From a virus (lineage: Duplodnaviria > Caudoviricetes), in the IMG/VR virus record IMGVR_UViG_3300038345_000076, positions 1 to 64,000 of that record: DNA of 64,000 nucleotides; one strand, written 5' to 3'. This document shows positions 36,587-46,750 of this stretch, piece after piece; within the stretch, counting starts at the first letter, position 1, and every line of letters begins with the position of its first letter. The translations under genes were made by a program, and so were the position numbers. The notes below the pieces were generated by a model. The model was given only the letters and a program-made list of their open reading frames with translations. It had not been told where the DNA came from and ran no database searches.

Positions 36587-37786
36587 TCAAGATACCCTGT
36601 ATGGAAATATGCAGAGGTCAGAAAAACCACTAAAGAATTTTCTAACGTCGTCTGTTGCGGGCTGTTGTTCTGCCTGTATTCTCAAAATTTTCTGACGGCA
36701 GTCAGCATGAATGCTGCCGATGTCGTTGCACTGTCTTATCACCTCCTGAGTGCTGACATAAGCGCATTGAACGCGGGTTATCTCTGCACCAGAGAAGTAA
36801 AGCATATCGCCACAGCCTGTAAGTTTCTCGGCACCTATCTGGTCTATGACCACACGGCTGTCCGTTCCCGTCGTGGTGCGGAATGCAATACGTGTCGGGA
36901 AGTTTGCCTTGATGTTACCCGTAACGATGGTTGCAGACGGTCGCTGGGTGGAGATTACGAGGTGCATCCCAACGGCACGGGCTTTCTGTGCGAGTCGGCA
37001 GATGTAATATTCGATATTCCGTCCGTACTGGCGATCCATTACAAGGTCGCCGTACTCGTCGATGACAATGACGTAATACTCCATCGTCTTTTCGCTTACA
37101 TCGTTGTACTCCTTGATGTTTCTTGCGCCAACCTCGTTGAGCATGGTGTAACGCTTTTCCATGAGGCGACAAAGCGCATCGAGCATGGTCTGAGCATGAG
37201 CCGCCTCAGTTATGATTGGTGGCATACCAAGCATCTGCGTGATGTATGGTCGTGCTATCGAGGTGTATGCTGACAGTTCGACTTTCTTTGGGTCGATTAG
37301 CACTAACTTCAACTCTTCTGGTGTCTTCTTATGCAAGAGCGACATGAGCATAACGTTAAGTCCAACAGACTTTCCTTGCCCTGTAGCACCTGCAACGAGA
37401 AGATGCGGCATTTCGGCAAGGTCGGCCATGAAGATTTCATTAGTCACGGTGCGTCCGATGGCTAACGGAAGAGCCATATCAGATGTAAGATATTCCTGGG
37501 ATTCAAGAATATCTGAGAGTGGCACGATTTCACGCTGTTTGTTCGGAATCTCGATTCCTACGCAACCATCGTACATCGGTGCAATGATGCGGACGGACGG
37601 GACGCGGAGAGCGGCAGCGATTTCGTTCTTGATGCCCGTGATGCGAGAGATACGCATGCCGAGCATTGGACGGAACTTGTAGAGCGTGACGTTTGTACCA
37701 CGCAGTTCCTCGAAGTCGTAGGTCTGTATCTTGTAGGACAGCAGTACGGACTTGAGGAAGTCGGATTGTGATTGTTGTTCGTTCAT
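36587..37786 (-). CDS. ftsK: FtsK/SpoIIIE-like DNA translocase motor (no membrane domain, no evident gamma domain)
   Basis: SVRIIAP..GCVGIEIPN (alpha domain), MPHLLVAGATGQGKS, VIVIDEYGDL, RLAQKARAVGMHL, GAEKLTGCGDMLY. Confidence 0.92.
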   Translation of the reverse strand: MNEQQSQSDFLKSVLLSYKIQTYDFEELRGTNVTLYKFRPMLGMRISRITGIKNEIAAALRVPSVRIIAPMYDGCVGIEIPNKQREIVPLSDILESQEYLTSDMALPLAIGRTVTNEIFMADLAEMPHLLVAGATGQGKSVGLNVMLMSLLHKKTPEELKLVLIDPKKVELSAYTSIARPYITQMLGMPPIITEAAHAQTMLDALCRLMEKRYTMLNEVGARNIKEYNDVSEKTMEYYVIVIDEYGDLVMDRQYGRNIEYYICRLAQKARAVGMHLVISTQRPSATIVTGNIKANFPTRIAFRTTTGTDSRVVIDQIGAEKLTGCGDMLYFSGAEITRVQCAYVSTQEVIRQCNDIGSIHADCRQKILRIQAEQQPATDDVRKFFSGFSDLCIFPYRVS

Positions 37787-38081
37787 AATTAGTCTTTTTA
37801 TTGATTTATCGTACTTCCATCCTTTGCAAAGAGGATAGAAGTGAAAAGACTACTTGCACCAGTCGATGCAGGCAACACCGTACTTGTCAAGATTACGAAT
37901 CATCAGGTCGGCAACGATGAACGAGCCTTTGTAGCATGGATCATTTTCTTTGCCTTTGAGACGCTGAAGGGCTTTCTGTCCTTGTTCGTTGGAGATACGA
38001 CCTGCAACAGCCATACGGTAGTAGAAACAATCCTCTACCAAATCGTTTGGGTGGATTTGCAGGTCGGGGATGGAAGATGCT

Positions 38082-38357
38082 TCACTCTTTGTCATCGTCA
38101 TCAGGAATCTCAACGGTATCAATGGCAAAGCCCCATTCTCCCTTTTCAAACGCATAATGCGCTTGTTCGTTTTCATCGTCATTCTTCCCGATGTACTCAG
38201 TTTTGACGTATTCGTTGAGTTCAGACAAAAGCTGCCGTGCTTGCTCCTTAGACATTGGTATAAAATCTGTAGAGCCACCATCTTTGTAATCGGCAATGCT
38301 GCCTACATACTTGCTTGTATTTCCGTTTGGGAAATACTCTACTGAATAAGTCTTCAT
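38082..38357 (-). CDS. Acidic hypothetical protein
   Basis: MKTYSVEY...; -7 element TAACTTTG upstream at 38376-38383. Confidence 0.55.
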   Translation of the reverse strand: MKTYSVEYFPNGNTSKYVGSIADYKDGGSTDFIPMSKEQARQLLSELNEYVKTEYIGKNDDENEQAHYAFEKGEWGFAIDTVEIPDDDDKE

Positions 38358-38522
38358 TGTCTTACTAATTTTTTGCAAAGTTAAACATTAAATTGAATAA
38401 TATCGTTGTTTCAGTATGTGAAATTTAGTCACAGACTGAATTTTTTCGGAAATATTTACAAAACTCCATTTGTGTTTGTTGTAATGTGTCGTACTTATCA
38501 GGTACAACACATCTGGAGAGAG

Positions 38523-39770
38523 TTAGGCGGCAACCATATCCACGATAGTTGCCGTTTGCTCAACCTCAATACAATCGTGGACTTCACGATGTTCTGGGTC
38601 GATAACATAGTCGCCATCGTTACGTAGCATAGGCATCTGTAGAAGCAGGTCGAAATTGTCAGTGACAATATAGGTGGCACGGTCGTGCGACTGTATGCAA
38701 ATGCCGTTGAACGGTGTCGTGCGGAAACGTTGCAGTGACAATCCAATGCCTTCGGAGATTGGTGATGGCTTCTTCATGCGGAAACTTGCAGAATATTCCC
38801 GGTCGAAATCGTAGTCGTAATAGTCGAAATACATTCTATCGCTGCCAGCATAGACGCTGACGTTGATATTGTGAACACATATATTCTTGCTGATGGATTT
38901 CTGCCACTTGCGCAAAGCCTGAATATCGTCGGGATGAATCTCGTAACGTCGCATGGTCTTCATGTCTGGCAATACGCTTCGCCAGTTGGGATAACGACCA
39001 ATAGAGTTCGTGAACTTCACCTTTGCGTCACCGAGTTTTGCAATCATCGTGCAGAGGCTTGGATCGTCTTCGTTGTCGCTACCGTCGTACTGATAGACAT
39101 CGAACAGGATATCCGTCTTGTTCTTCTTTGCATAGTCTATGAGCCGTTTCCAGTCATTCTTAGGAATCAGCACCATGTAGTTGTGCTCAAAATCACAATC
39201 AGAAGTCCAGTTGCCAGGCTTATTGGTTATTATAGCCAATGAGTGACCTTGCGATGCGACAAAGTTAATACTCTGTGCAGACGTGTTGACCTCCATGAGC
39301 ACGTTGTTAAGAACGGGACGGAGTTCGTCGTCTGCGCAGTGGTCGATGATAGTCTTGGCAGTATTGAGATTGTCGAATCCCACGCTTACCTGACAAATCA
39401 GTTCGCCCTTTGGTTTTTCCTCGTATGTAAAATAGAGTTCATTACGATTCTTAGCCAGAGACTTGAACTGTTCGAGCAAGGCATGAGAGAAAAGAGTATC
39501 ACCACGAAACTCGCAGTGGTAGGTGTCAACGTCAATAGATTCTACGTCGAAGTCTATTCCCTTGACTTGTTCCTGCTTGGAATAGTCGTAATAGCCGTAT
39601 AGGGCGTTACTCCATTCCTTGCACTTCTTCAACTCTGCCAGTGAGATAATTGACTTTTCGGCCATAAACTCACGAAATGCTTCATTCTCTTCGACTGCAC
39701 GGTTGAAATACTTGTCTGCAATCTCTAACATAGCCTGATAGATGGCTTGGTCTTTCTGTAAATCGTTCAT
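38523..39770 (-). CDS. Protein containing a DNA polymerase III beta-clamp-like region
   Basis: ADDELRPVLNNV, FVASQGHSLA, LIPK, GRYPNWRSVLP. Confidence 0.7.
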   Translation of the reverse strand: MNDLQKDQAIYQAMLEIADKYFNRAVEENEAFREFMAEKSIISLAELKKCKEWSNALYGYYDYSKQEQVKGIDFDVESIDVDTYHCEFRGDTLFSHALLEQFKSLAKNRNELYFTYEEKPKGELICQVSVGFDNLNTAKTIIDHCADDELRPVLNNVLMEVNTSAQSINFVASQGHSLAIITNKPGNWTSDCDFEHNYMVLIPKNDWKRLIDYAKKNKTDILFDVYQYDGSDNEDDPSLCTMIAKLGDAKVKFTNSIGRYPNWRSVLPDMKTMRRYEIHPDDIQALRKWQKSISKNICVHNINVSVYAGSDRMYFDYYDYDFDREYSASFRMKKPSPISEGIGLSLQRFRTTPFNGICIQSHDRATYIVTDNFDLLLQMPMLRNDGDYVIDPEHREVHDCIEVEQTATIVDMVAA

Positions 39771-39848
39771 AATTGAATTGAATTAAATTGGTTAAACATT
39801 AGAAATCGTAACTTGTATAGGTTGTAGGTCTATACAAGTTTGTGCAAG

Positions 39849-40241
39849 TCAGAAAGAATCATGCCAAACAAGTCTATTGCTATCGTCAATGAGAATGTCA
39901 ACACAGCCTTCATCGTTGTCGAAGAAACTGGTTGCACATTCTTTTGAGCAGAAGCAATCAGTACCGTCAAAGACGTAGCCTTCAGTAATCTGCTTGCCAC
40001 AGACGGAACATTTGCGAATGACTTTATCATCGGGGATAATGTCATAGTTGAGGCTCCACATTTCAGCCACAAAGTCAACGGCTTTCTCAATCTCTATCCG
40101 TTTGAGGAAACTGATAGTATCAGCGTCTTCGACTTCGTTCAAAGTCTCAATGTAGTCATTGACTAACTGTTGTCCGTCGATGATTTCACCTTTTGGATAG
40201 CCATAAACCCCTTCGGGGTCGAATGTAATGTTGATTTTCAT
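39849..40241 (-). CDS. Hypothetical protein, C-terminal CxxC...FCSxxC
   Basis: 130-aa ORF. Confidence 0.6.
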   Translation of the reverse strand: MKINITFDPEGVYGYPKGEIIDGQQLVNDYIETLNEVEDADTISFLKRIEIEKAVDFVAEMWSLNYDIIPDDKVIRKCSVCGKQITEGYVFDGTDCFCSKECATSFFDNDEGCVDILIDDSNRLVWHDSF

Positions 40242-40253
40242 AGTGTCAATGAT

Positions 40254-40403
40254 TTAGTTTTCAACATCCATCAAATAACCTTGAGAGTGACAACAAGGAC
40301 AAACGTCCTCGTCGTAGTTCACGATAATGTTCTGACCACACCAGTTGCAACGGACTAAATCACCGTCACAGATGCTTTCGTTGTGATAATCTTTTGCGTT
40401 CAT
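40254..40403 (-). CDS. Small Zn-ribbon protein
   Basis: Manual translation ...VRCNWCGQ...DEDVCPCCHSQG. Confidence 0.5.
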   Translation of the reverse strand: MNAKDYHNESICDGDLVRCNWCGQNIIVNYDEDVCPCCHSQGYLMDVEN

Positions 40404-40469
40404 AATGTTTGAATTTTATTGGTTAGTTAGTACCCACAATGTTTGTTATTACATTATGAGTTAGAGAGA

Positions 40470-40685
40470 TTAGTCAGTGAAAGTGAGATTGTCAGACCAT
40501 TCCCAATCAAGTCCTTTTTTGTCAAACTCATCAACGCTGCTTTCTGGCTCTTCATCGGATGCCCACATGAGCGTTTCCTGTCCGCAGTTAGGACATACAT
40601 CTTCACCATAGGCAATGAGCATTTCGTTTTCACAACTGTGACAATACACATGATCGCCTTGTTCTACATAACATTTTACAGCCAT
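40470..40685 (-). CDS. Small Zn-ribbon protein (similar to its neighbour)
   Basis: CHSC...GEDVCPNCG. Confidence 0.6.
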   Translation of the reverse strand: MAVKCYVEQGDHVYCHSCENEMLIAYGEDVCPNCGQETLMWASDEEPESSVDEFDKKGLDWEWSDNLTFTD

Positions 40686-40750
40686 AAATCTTATTTTTAA
40701 TTTGTTAGTAGTCCTGCGGCAGTTGTCGGACTGCTTGCAGGTAGAAGAGT

Positions 40751-41227
40751 TTACTTGTTCTCGATGATTGCAGCAATGATATAGCGCAGTTCGTCAAGCG
40801 AGAGACGTTCAACATAATCGTGGTCTGGGTCTGAATCTTCTTGATAGCATACTCCGTCATTGTAGAAGCAGTAATACTTCAGATTCTCGTTGCCATCGGC
40901 ATCCTTCACGATGTAGAATGCCCAATAGGTAGCATAGTGGAAAGACTTCTCCAGTTTGTCGAAAATCTCGAATCCTTCGTCATGCCTGCCAATGTCGCTC
41001 AAAGTTTCGTCGTTGACCTTGAATTGGCGTGCAAAGGCGCAGCCTATTTCAGATGTGTCGAGGACATGAGTAATCTCCACACCATCTTCGTCTTCTTCAT
41101 ACATACCAAACTCATTGTAGAAATAATCACTCATTTCTTCACCATGTTCACGTACATACTCTGTGAGGGCTTTGATAAGTTGCTCCTGGCAGTTGCGGGC
41201 AACCATAATTAAATCTTTAATATCCAT
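40751..41227 (-). CDS. Hypothetical protein
   Basis: 158 aa, acidic. Confidence 0.6.
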   Translation of the reverse strand: MDIKDLIMVARNCQEQLIKALTEYVREHGEEMSDYFYNEFGMYEEDEDGVEITHVLDTSEIGCAFARQFKVNDETLSDIGRHDEGFEIFDKLEKSFHYATYWAFYIVKDADGNENLKYYCFYNDGVCYQEDSDPDHDYVERLSLDELRYIIAAIIENK

Positions 41228-41291
41228 AACTTAATTGATTTTGATTAGACATTGGTAGCAGTGCCGATTATCGTATCAGCACCGCTTAAAG

Positions 41292-41705
41292 TTACTCAAT
41301 GGTACGCTCGATGATGTGACAATCTGGGTAAAGTTTCTCACCAGAACGCTCGTCACGCTCTGCCAGAGCCTTCTCTGCTTTCTCATAGGAGCCGAAGACT
41401 CGCGCATAGACTTTCTTAACTGGTAAGTCCTGCACAATCAAATAAACTTTCTGTTCCTTTGGCTCCTGAATCACGATGCACCACCAGCCTCCATCAAGTT
41501 CTTCGTCGTTGTAGTCTGTCTCAAAGTCTGCAAGTGTCGGTTCTCTCGACTGCCAACTATATTGGTCGGCATTGTAGAACTTCACTTCGTCGTCTGGAAG
41601 TCTCTGTAACATATCCAGAACTTTTTGCGGTTGGTCACAGAGATTGTCAAACTCATGTCGGTCATAGTTGAGCGAGTTGCCAACTTTGTAAAATGCGATA
41701 GTCAT
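41292..41705 (-). CDS. Hypothetical protein
   Basis: 137 aa. Confidence 0.6.
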   Translation of the reverse strand: MTIAFYKVGNSLNYDRHEFDNLCDQPQKVLDMLQRLPDDEVKFYNADQYSWQSREPTLADFETDYNDEELDGGWWCIVIQEPKEQKVYLIVQDLPVKKVYARVFGSYEKAEKALAERDERSGEKLYPDCHIIERTIE

Positions 41706-41775
41706 AATTGAAAATGTTTATTGGTTTGAAAATAGTGACCATCTTCGTGACTGAACGAAAATGGTCTGAGAGAGT

Positions 41776-42510
41776 TTAGTGAGCAACCGAGGTGTAATCT
41801 TCCCAATTTTCACCGTTGGAATCATCAGGACAAAGAGGTGCATCTTCTTTCCATTCCGTTTTTGCAAACTCCAATGCTTCTTCATAAGAGGATGCTTCGA
41901 TGTCGAATGTGCGAGAGTATGAGCCGGACACTCGAATGACAAACTTTTGATTTGTCTTGCTTTCAACGTAGGCAATTAGTTTGTCAAGGTCATCTGAAAG
42001 CAGACTTTCGCATTGGTCACTGTAAGAGCAGTGATGATGATGGTTTTCAATGCAGAAACAATCATCCTCATCAATATACAATGATTCTACGCCAACAGAT
42101 AGCGTTTCTCCATTAATAGACAGTCTGGTGGCGAAAGTTCCGTCGAACTTTATTCGTCCACCATTCCGCTTAACGATTTCTCGTAGGTGGGAAAGTTTCT
42201 TTTCTCGTACTTCTTTCTGCAAGTGGTCGAGAATGTCAAGGAATGATTCAGGGTCATAGGCAAAAATAGTTTCCCCTTCAATTTTCTCTGTTTCCTGAGC
42301 AACGTTATTGACATGGAAGATAACCATTCCATCATTGTCAGTCTCAACGGCTGTGCATTCTTCTGTTGTGGCTGTATCACCTTCAACATAATGAACAAAG
42401 AATGTTTTGGTAAAATCGTGTTTGCAACCATAACCAAGAATGTTCCTGATTTCATTCAGAATATCGTTCTTGACATTCATGATTCTCTCTGCATAATCTT
42501 TTCTTTCCAT
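41776..42510 (-). CDS. Hypothetical protein, DpnD/PcfM-like C-terminus
   Basis: Likely start MERKDY; SRTFDIEASSYEEALE. Confidence 0.6.
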   Translation of the reverse strand: MERKDYAERIMNVKNDILNEIRNILGYGCKHDFTKTFFVHYVEGDTATTEECTAVETDNDGMVIFHVNNVAQETEKIEGETIFAYDPESFLDILDHLQKEVREKKLSHLREIVKRNGGRIKFDGTFATRLSINGETLSVGVESLYIDEDDCFCIENHHHHCSYSDQCESLLSDDLDKLIAYVESKTNQKFVIRVSGSYSRTFDIEASSYEEALEFAKTEWKEDAPLCPDDSNGENWEDYTSVAH

Positions 42511-42574
42511 AATAAACTGAATTTTAAAAGTTAGACAATAGTGAATCGCCCAAGTATTAAGTTGGGCGAAACTC

Positions 42575-43006
42575 TTAGTCAATGAACATACCAAAATCAA
42601 TCTTCTTTGCCTTTTGTCCGTTAAGAACTGGCTTGGTGGAAAAGACATAGGTATGCACATTGTCTGTAATGCAGTGACTTCCAAAGATGTGATAGCCCGC
42701 TTTCTGAATAGCCTTAAACACGGCTTTCATTTCACATGTTCTGACCTTCATACTGAAAGGGTATCTCCTCTTGTCAATCTTCTGTGTTACTATACCAGTC
42801 ATTTTAGTCATTGCAGAAGATTCATAGAATATATGTACTTCTGCACTTTTGTCTGAATAGTCCCAGATTCTCAGGGTGTAGAAACCTTTTTCCAGACCAT
42901 TTTTCATCCAATAGATGATGTGGTTGCAGATGTCATGAACAACTTTTGCTCTCACTTCTTTTGGCTGAACGTAATCGTTAGCCGGAATATTTACCTGTAC
43001 TTTCAT
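42575..43006 (-). CDS. Hypothetical protein
   Basis: 143 aa. Confidence 0.6.
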   Translation of the reverse strand: MKVQVNIPANDYVQPKEVRAKVVHDICNHIIYWMKNGLEKGFYTLRIWDYSDKSAEVHIFYESSAMTKMTGIVTQKIDKRRYPFSMKVRTCEMKAVFKAIQKAGYHIFGSHCITDNVHTYVFSTKPVLNGQKAKKIDFGMFID

Positions 43007-43077
43007 GTGAATTGAATTTTATAAATTAGACAATAGGCAGTAAACACGATGCTTGGTCGTGCTTACCGATAGCGAGT

Positions 43078-43332
43078 TTAGCCATAGACGGCATCCCAAT
43101 CTACCTCAGAAACTTCTTTCTCGGCTGTAATACCCATATCGAGGTTGATGTGTGGGTCGGTGTCCTGGTCTTCAACATACTGCATACAGAAATCAATGAA
43201 GCAACAAGTTCTGGCTTCATTCTCATGGTCATTCTTTGGGAACTTAATACCGCGAGCAACGATCTCTTTCTCAAACATTTCGCCAAGCACGGCAATCTCA
43301 CCGTAAGATGGCTGATACTGATATGTACTCAT
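43078..43332 (-). CDS. Hypothetical protein
   Basis: 84 aa. Confidence 0.55.
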   Translation of the reverse strand: MSTYQYQPSYGEIAVLGEMFEKEIVARGIKFPKNDHENEARTCCFIDFCMQYVEDQDTDPHINLDMGITAEKEVSEVDWDAVYG

Positions 43333-43400
43333 AATTTTAAAATTTAGAATTTATCGTACTCTCTGCATTTGTCAGGACACAGAGAGAGGTAGATAATAGA

Positions 43401-43652
43401 TTAAATTCTTGACTCCATTGCTTTTTGAAGGATAGTTTTGTTTTCGCTTGAAAGTGAATCAATATCCAAATCACCTTCAAACTCAAAACATCCGACGTGA
43501 ATGAAGATTTTATCCTCTTTGTCGGAATACCAAATGCTTTCAACATCTACTTCGTTGTCGAAAATGCGGAGTCTTACTTTTAGGTCTATTGCATAGAAAT
43601 TCTGTTCATTTCTGTGCATAAAGTCCATTGCTGTTTCTTGAATTGTACTCAT
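43401..43652 (-). CDS. Hypothetical protein
   Basis: Likely start MSTIQET. Confidence 0.55.
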   Translation of the reverse strand: MSTIQETAMDFMHRNEQNFYAIDLKVRLRIFDNEVDVESIWYSDKEDKIFIHVGCFEFEGDLDIDSLSSENKTILQKAMESRI

Positions 43653-43717
43653 ATTATATTCTTTTAATGTTAATCGTACTCCAATCTGTTTTTGAGCAGA
43701 TATGGAGTGAGAGAGTT

Positions 43718-44248
43718 TTAGAATGGCATCTTGTCGCAGGCTTTCTGCAACTTTTCCAGATAGGCTTCGTAGTCTTCGTAGTGCTCTTTTATGTTGTCGA
43801 ATGGTACTCCATTGCCAGGCTGTCCGTTTTGCCACCACGAAAGAACTGTCTCGTTGATGTCGAAATTGTCAATGTACTCTTGCAAATTCTTTTTCCGTAC
43901 CTTGTCAAGCGAGATAATCATGTCTTCGCCTGCATCGGTATAGCACTCAAGTTCTCCGTCGCCATTCGATGTGATGTCGAAGTCTTCAAGATAGAGTTCG
44001 TTGATGTAGTCTCTCCACGGTTCTCCATCAATAGTGAGTTTACATAAATCTCCATCCCATTCTACATCACAGAAATGACTTCCGTTTAAGTCATAGACAG
44101 AAACAGTGAATCCGATTGTTCCATAGGAACAGAACAATGGCTGTGTCTCGATTTCACGACCGTACCACGAATTTCTTCTTCTGTAATTCTCGTCGTTGAA
44201 TCTGTCTTCGAGAATCGCCTTGCATAGTCTGATTAAATACTTTTCCAT
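43718..44248 (-). CDS. Hypothetical protein
   Basis: 176 aa. Confidence 0.6.
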   Translation of the reverse strand: MEKYLIRLCKAILEDRFNDENYRRRNSWYGREIETQPLFCSYGTIGFTVSVYDLNGSHFCDVEWDGDLCKLTIDGEPWRDYINELYLEDFDITSNGDGELECYTDAGEDMIISLDKVRKKNLQEYIDNFDINETVLSWWQNGQPGNGVPFDNIKEHYEDYEAYLEKLQKACDKMPF

Positions 44249-44288
44249 AATCTATTGAATTTTGTGGTTAGTGCGACTATTGCAGATA

Positions 44289-44492
44289 TTACCCTGCAAA
44301 TAGTCTTTTGATGTTCGGACGTGAACGCAAACCATCTTTGATAACTCTTGCGTTTGCTCCATGGCCGTAGTTCCCATACTTACCATACCTCCAGAACCAT
44401 CGGAAGTGTGGCTTGTCTGCATACTTCTCAACGAAATACTTTTCTCCGTTGATCTCGTAGTCTTTGGAGTTCTTTACGATAGTCATAATCAT
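44289..44492 (-). CDS. Hypothetical protein
   Basis: 67 aa. Confidence 0.5.
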   Translation of the reverse strand: MIMTIVKNSKDYEINGEKYFVEKYADKPHFRWFWRYGKYGNYGHGANARVIKDGLRSRPNIKRLFAG

Positions 44493-44548
44493 TGAATTTT
44501 AGGGGTTAGTGTGCCATGCTCAACTGTTAATTCAAACATGACTGAGAG

Positions 44549-44770
44549 TTAGTAAGTTATCCATTCCGCTTTGTACTTCTTTCCGTTTATAGAAAAGATA
44601 ACTTTGGTATAAGCACTTCTCACATAGATGTTGTACTCTCTGACAGTTCTGTCAAGCCAGTCAACCCATCCTCTAAAATGCTCAGTCATTTCTCTACGGT
44701 TGTTTCCGAAAAGTTTCTTTTCGTACAAACATTCCTTGTAGTTCGTTTGGAATTTGTAAAGTGGTAGCAT
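44549..44770 (-). CDS. Hypothetical protein
   Basis: 73 aa. Confidence 0.5.
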   Translation of the reverse strand: MLPLYKFQTNYKECLYEKKLFGNNRREMTEHFRGWVDWLDRTVREYNIYVRSAYTKVIFSINGKKYKAEWITY

Positions 44771-44824
44771 AATCTTTGAATTTTTGGTGAATAGTAAAGA
44801 CTTGGGTTGTTAAGCCAAAATCTT

Positions 44825-45298
44825 TCAAAAGTCTGTCATGTGCAATTCGTAAGGCATTATGTCACGTTTCACTCTTGCGCCATGGCCGAAGATTAAACTT
44901 TCAGACAAAGTGTTTCCGATTTCAATACCTCAGAATAGACGAATGTTTCTCAGTTGGTCTTTGTCTGCACACAATTCACGTACTTTCAAGCGAACCGCAT
45001 ACACGCAAACTTTGTCGTAAGGATATGCGATTTCACCGAACAGACGTGCAGAAGAAGGAAACACGCTAAGATAGACGTAACCGATTTTGCTCTGATAACT
45101 GTTTCTGCGCTTTCTGCTTGTTCTTAGCAGTCCTTCGCTTGCAATGTCGTGCCGTGAAGACGTGCCGTGATAAAGTATGATATATTCTTCTCTATATTGG
45201 CGCAGGATTTGAGCAAACTGCTTTATTTCTTTTGCCGTGGGAGTGTCGTTATATACATACTTTTTTGTTTGCTCATAGTTTCGCAAATCAATCTCCAT
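44825..45298 (-). pseudogene. ADP-ribosyltransferase-fold gene with internal TGA at 44930-44932
   Basis: LYHGTS...EGL...GYVYLS...ARLF; the frame continues 34 codons beyond the TGA to a stop next to the following intergenic hairpin. Confidence 0.55.
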
Positions 45299-45359
45299 AG
45301 ATAATTTGAATTTATTTGGTTTATTGCAGAACGCGGAGAGGTAAACCTCCGCACTCCGA

Positions 45360-45902
45360 TTAGTAATTGAAACTCTTGTCTTTCGGAACTTCCGAATAGT
45401 GTAACTCTTCGCTCCAGATACGATACTCGAAAGTATCATAGTCGATGCGCACAAAGATGGTTTGACTTCTCTTCGGATTCTTGCTCACGTCCCCCATAAC
45501 GCTATCGCCAAAGACTTTAAGGAACACTTTCTTGTGGTCTTCTCTTGCTCTCCAAATTTGCAATGCAACATGGTTTCGCATGAGTTTGATTGCATCTTCC
45601 AACCTTGCAAAGTGGTGGTGGCCAGTGCTCCAGCCGTGGTCGTTCACTTCACATCTGATAAAGTAAACTCTTTGCGGTCTTGCGTCGATGGCATCTTCCA
45701 GACCTTCAAGATACTCAATCATCTGTGCGGAAGTTCTGTGCGTGTTTACTTGACTAAAAGGATAAGGAGGAAATTCCGTTCCGTTGCTTGACGTGTAAAG
45801 ATACCAAGTTCCGTTCTTTCTTCCGAGCCGCAAATCAGTCTTCGCTTTCTCGTTGATGCGCTTCACCTGATTGTTGATGATTTCTTTGTTTGTTATAGCC
45901 AT
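45360..45902 (-). CDS. Hypothetical protein
   Basis: 180 aa. Confidence 0.6.
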   Translation of the reverse strand: MAITNKEIINNQVKRINEKAKTDLRLGRKNGTWYLYTSSNGTEFPPYPFSQVNTHRTSAQMIEYLEGLEDAIDARPQRVYFIRCEVNDHGWSTGHHHFARLEDAIKLMRNHVALQIWRAREDHKKVFLKVFGDSVMGDVSKNPKRSQTIFVRIDYDTFEYRIWSEELHYSEVPKDKSFNY

Positions 45903-45963
45903 AATTGTAAGAATTAAAAGTTGTGCTCCAGACAGAAACTTTGCTTTCGGTCTGGAAAGAGAG

Positions 45964-46191
45964 CTATCTACGGAATCGTATAAGCAACTTTGCTTCTTCG
46001 TAAACTTCTGGAGTTACGTTGTAGATGTATTGTCCGCAGCGAACAAGTTGCGCACTTTTCCCGTAAAACTGCTTTTTCATACCTGCAACGCTTCCACTTG
46101 CATGAAAATTAGGGAAGTTGCCTAACCCTAACTTACTTGCAAACTCCTTCCGTACCCTCAATAACGGGTAAGTTTTGCCTGAATCTGTCAT
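45964..46191 (-). CDS. Hypothetical phage protein
   Basis: FPNFHASGSVAGMKK.FYG. Confidence 0.6.
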   Translation of the reverse strand: MTDSGKTYPLLRVRKEFASKLGLGNFPNFHASGSVAGMKKQFYGKSAQLVRCGQYIYNVTPEVYEEAKLLIRFRR

Positions 46192-46245
46192 AACTGAAAA
46201 GTATTGGTTAATGTACTTCGCAGGGGTGTTGCGCCCTGCAAAGTT

Positions 46246-46689
46246 TTAGGCCGTGAACTTCTTCTCGTACTCAAGAATCTCTTCCCAAGAAATCCATTCG
46301 GGCTTCAGGTCGTCAGGAATCTTGTTCCAATGCTCTTTCATACTCTCAATCATTTCTTTTGCAGTCTGCCAGTGCGCATTGTTGTAATGACTTGCAGATT
46401 CGTAATACTTGCAATCCATCTGCATACGTGAAAGCATCATGTAATCAAACTTAAACGCTCTCTCACGCTCTTCACGTTCAGAACGTGGATTTGCGATTAC
46501 GATTTTACACTCAATCATTTTGTCTGGCTCGCCCTCGGAATCTGTTGCGGGGGAAAGACGATAAACGACTGAAATTTCGTTGTTCTTTGGCTCATCATGG
46601 CAATCCACATAATAATATCCTTTGGAATCTTGATAAAGATTTCCGTCCATTCTGTGTTCGCCAACTCTTGTAAGTTCTAAAGTCTTCAT
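46246..46689 (-). CDS. LPD11-like domain protein
   Basis: YMMLSRMQMDCKYY...MKEHWN...KPEWISWEEI. Confidence 0.7.
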   Translation of the reverse strand: MKTLELTRVGEHRMDGNLYQDSKGYYYVDCHDEPKNNEISVVYRLSPATDSEGEPDKMIECKIVIANPRSEREERERAFKFDYMMLSRMQMDCKYYESASHYNNAHWQTAKEMIESMKEHWNKIPDDLKPEWISWEEILEYEKKFTA

Positions 46690-46750
46690 AATCGTAAATA
46701 TTTTAATGAGTTTTATCGTACTTTTGGGCGGTTGTAGGTCGCCCGAAAGT

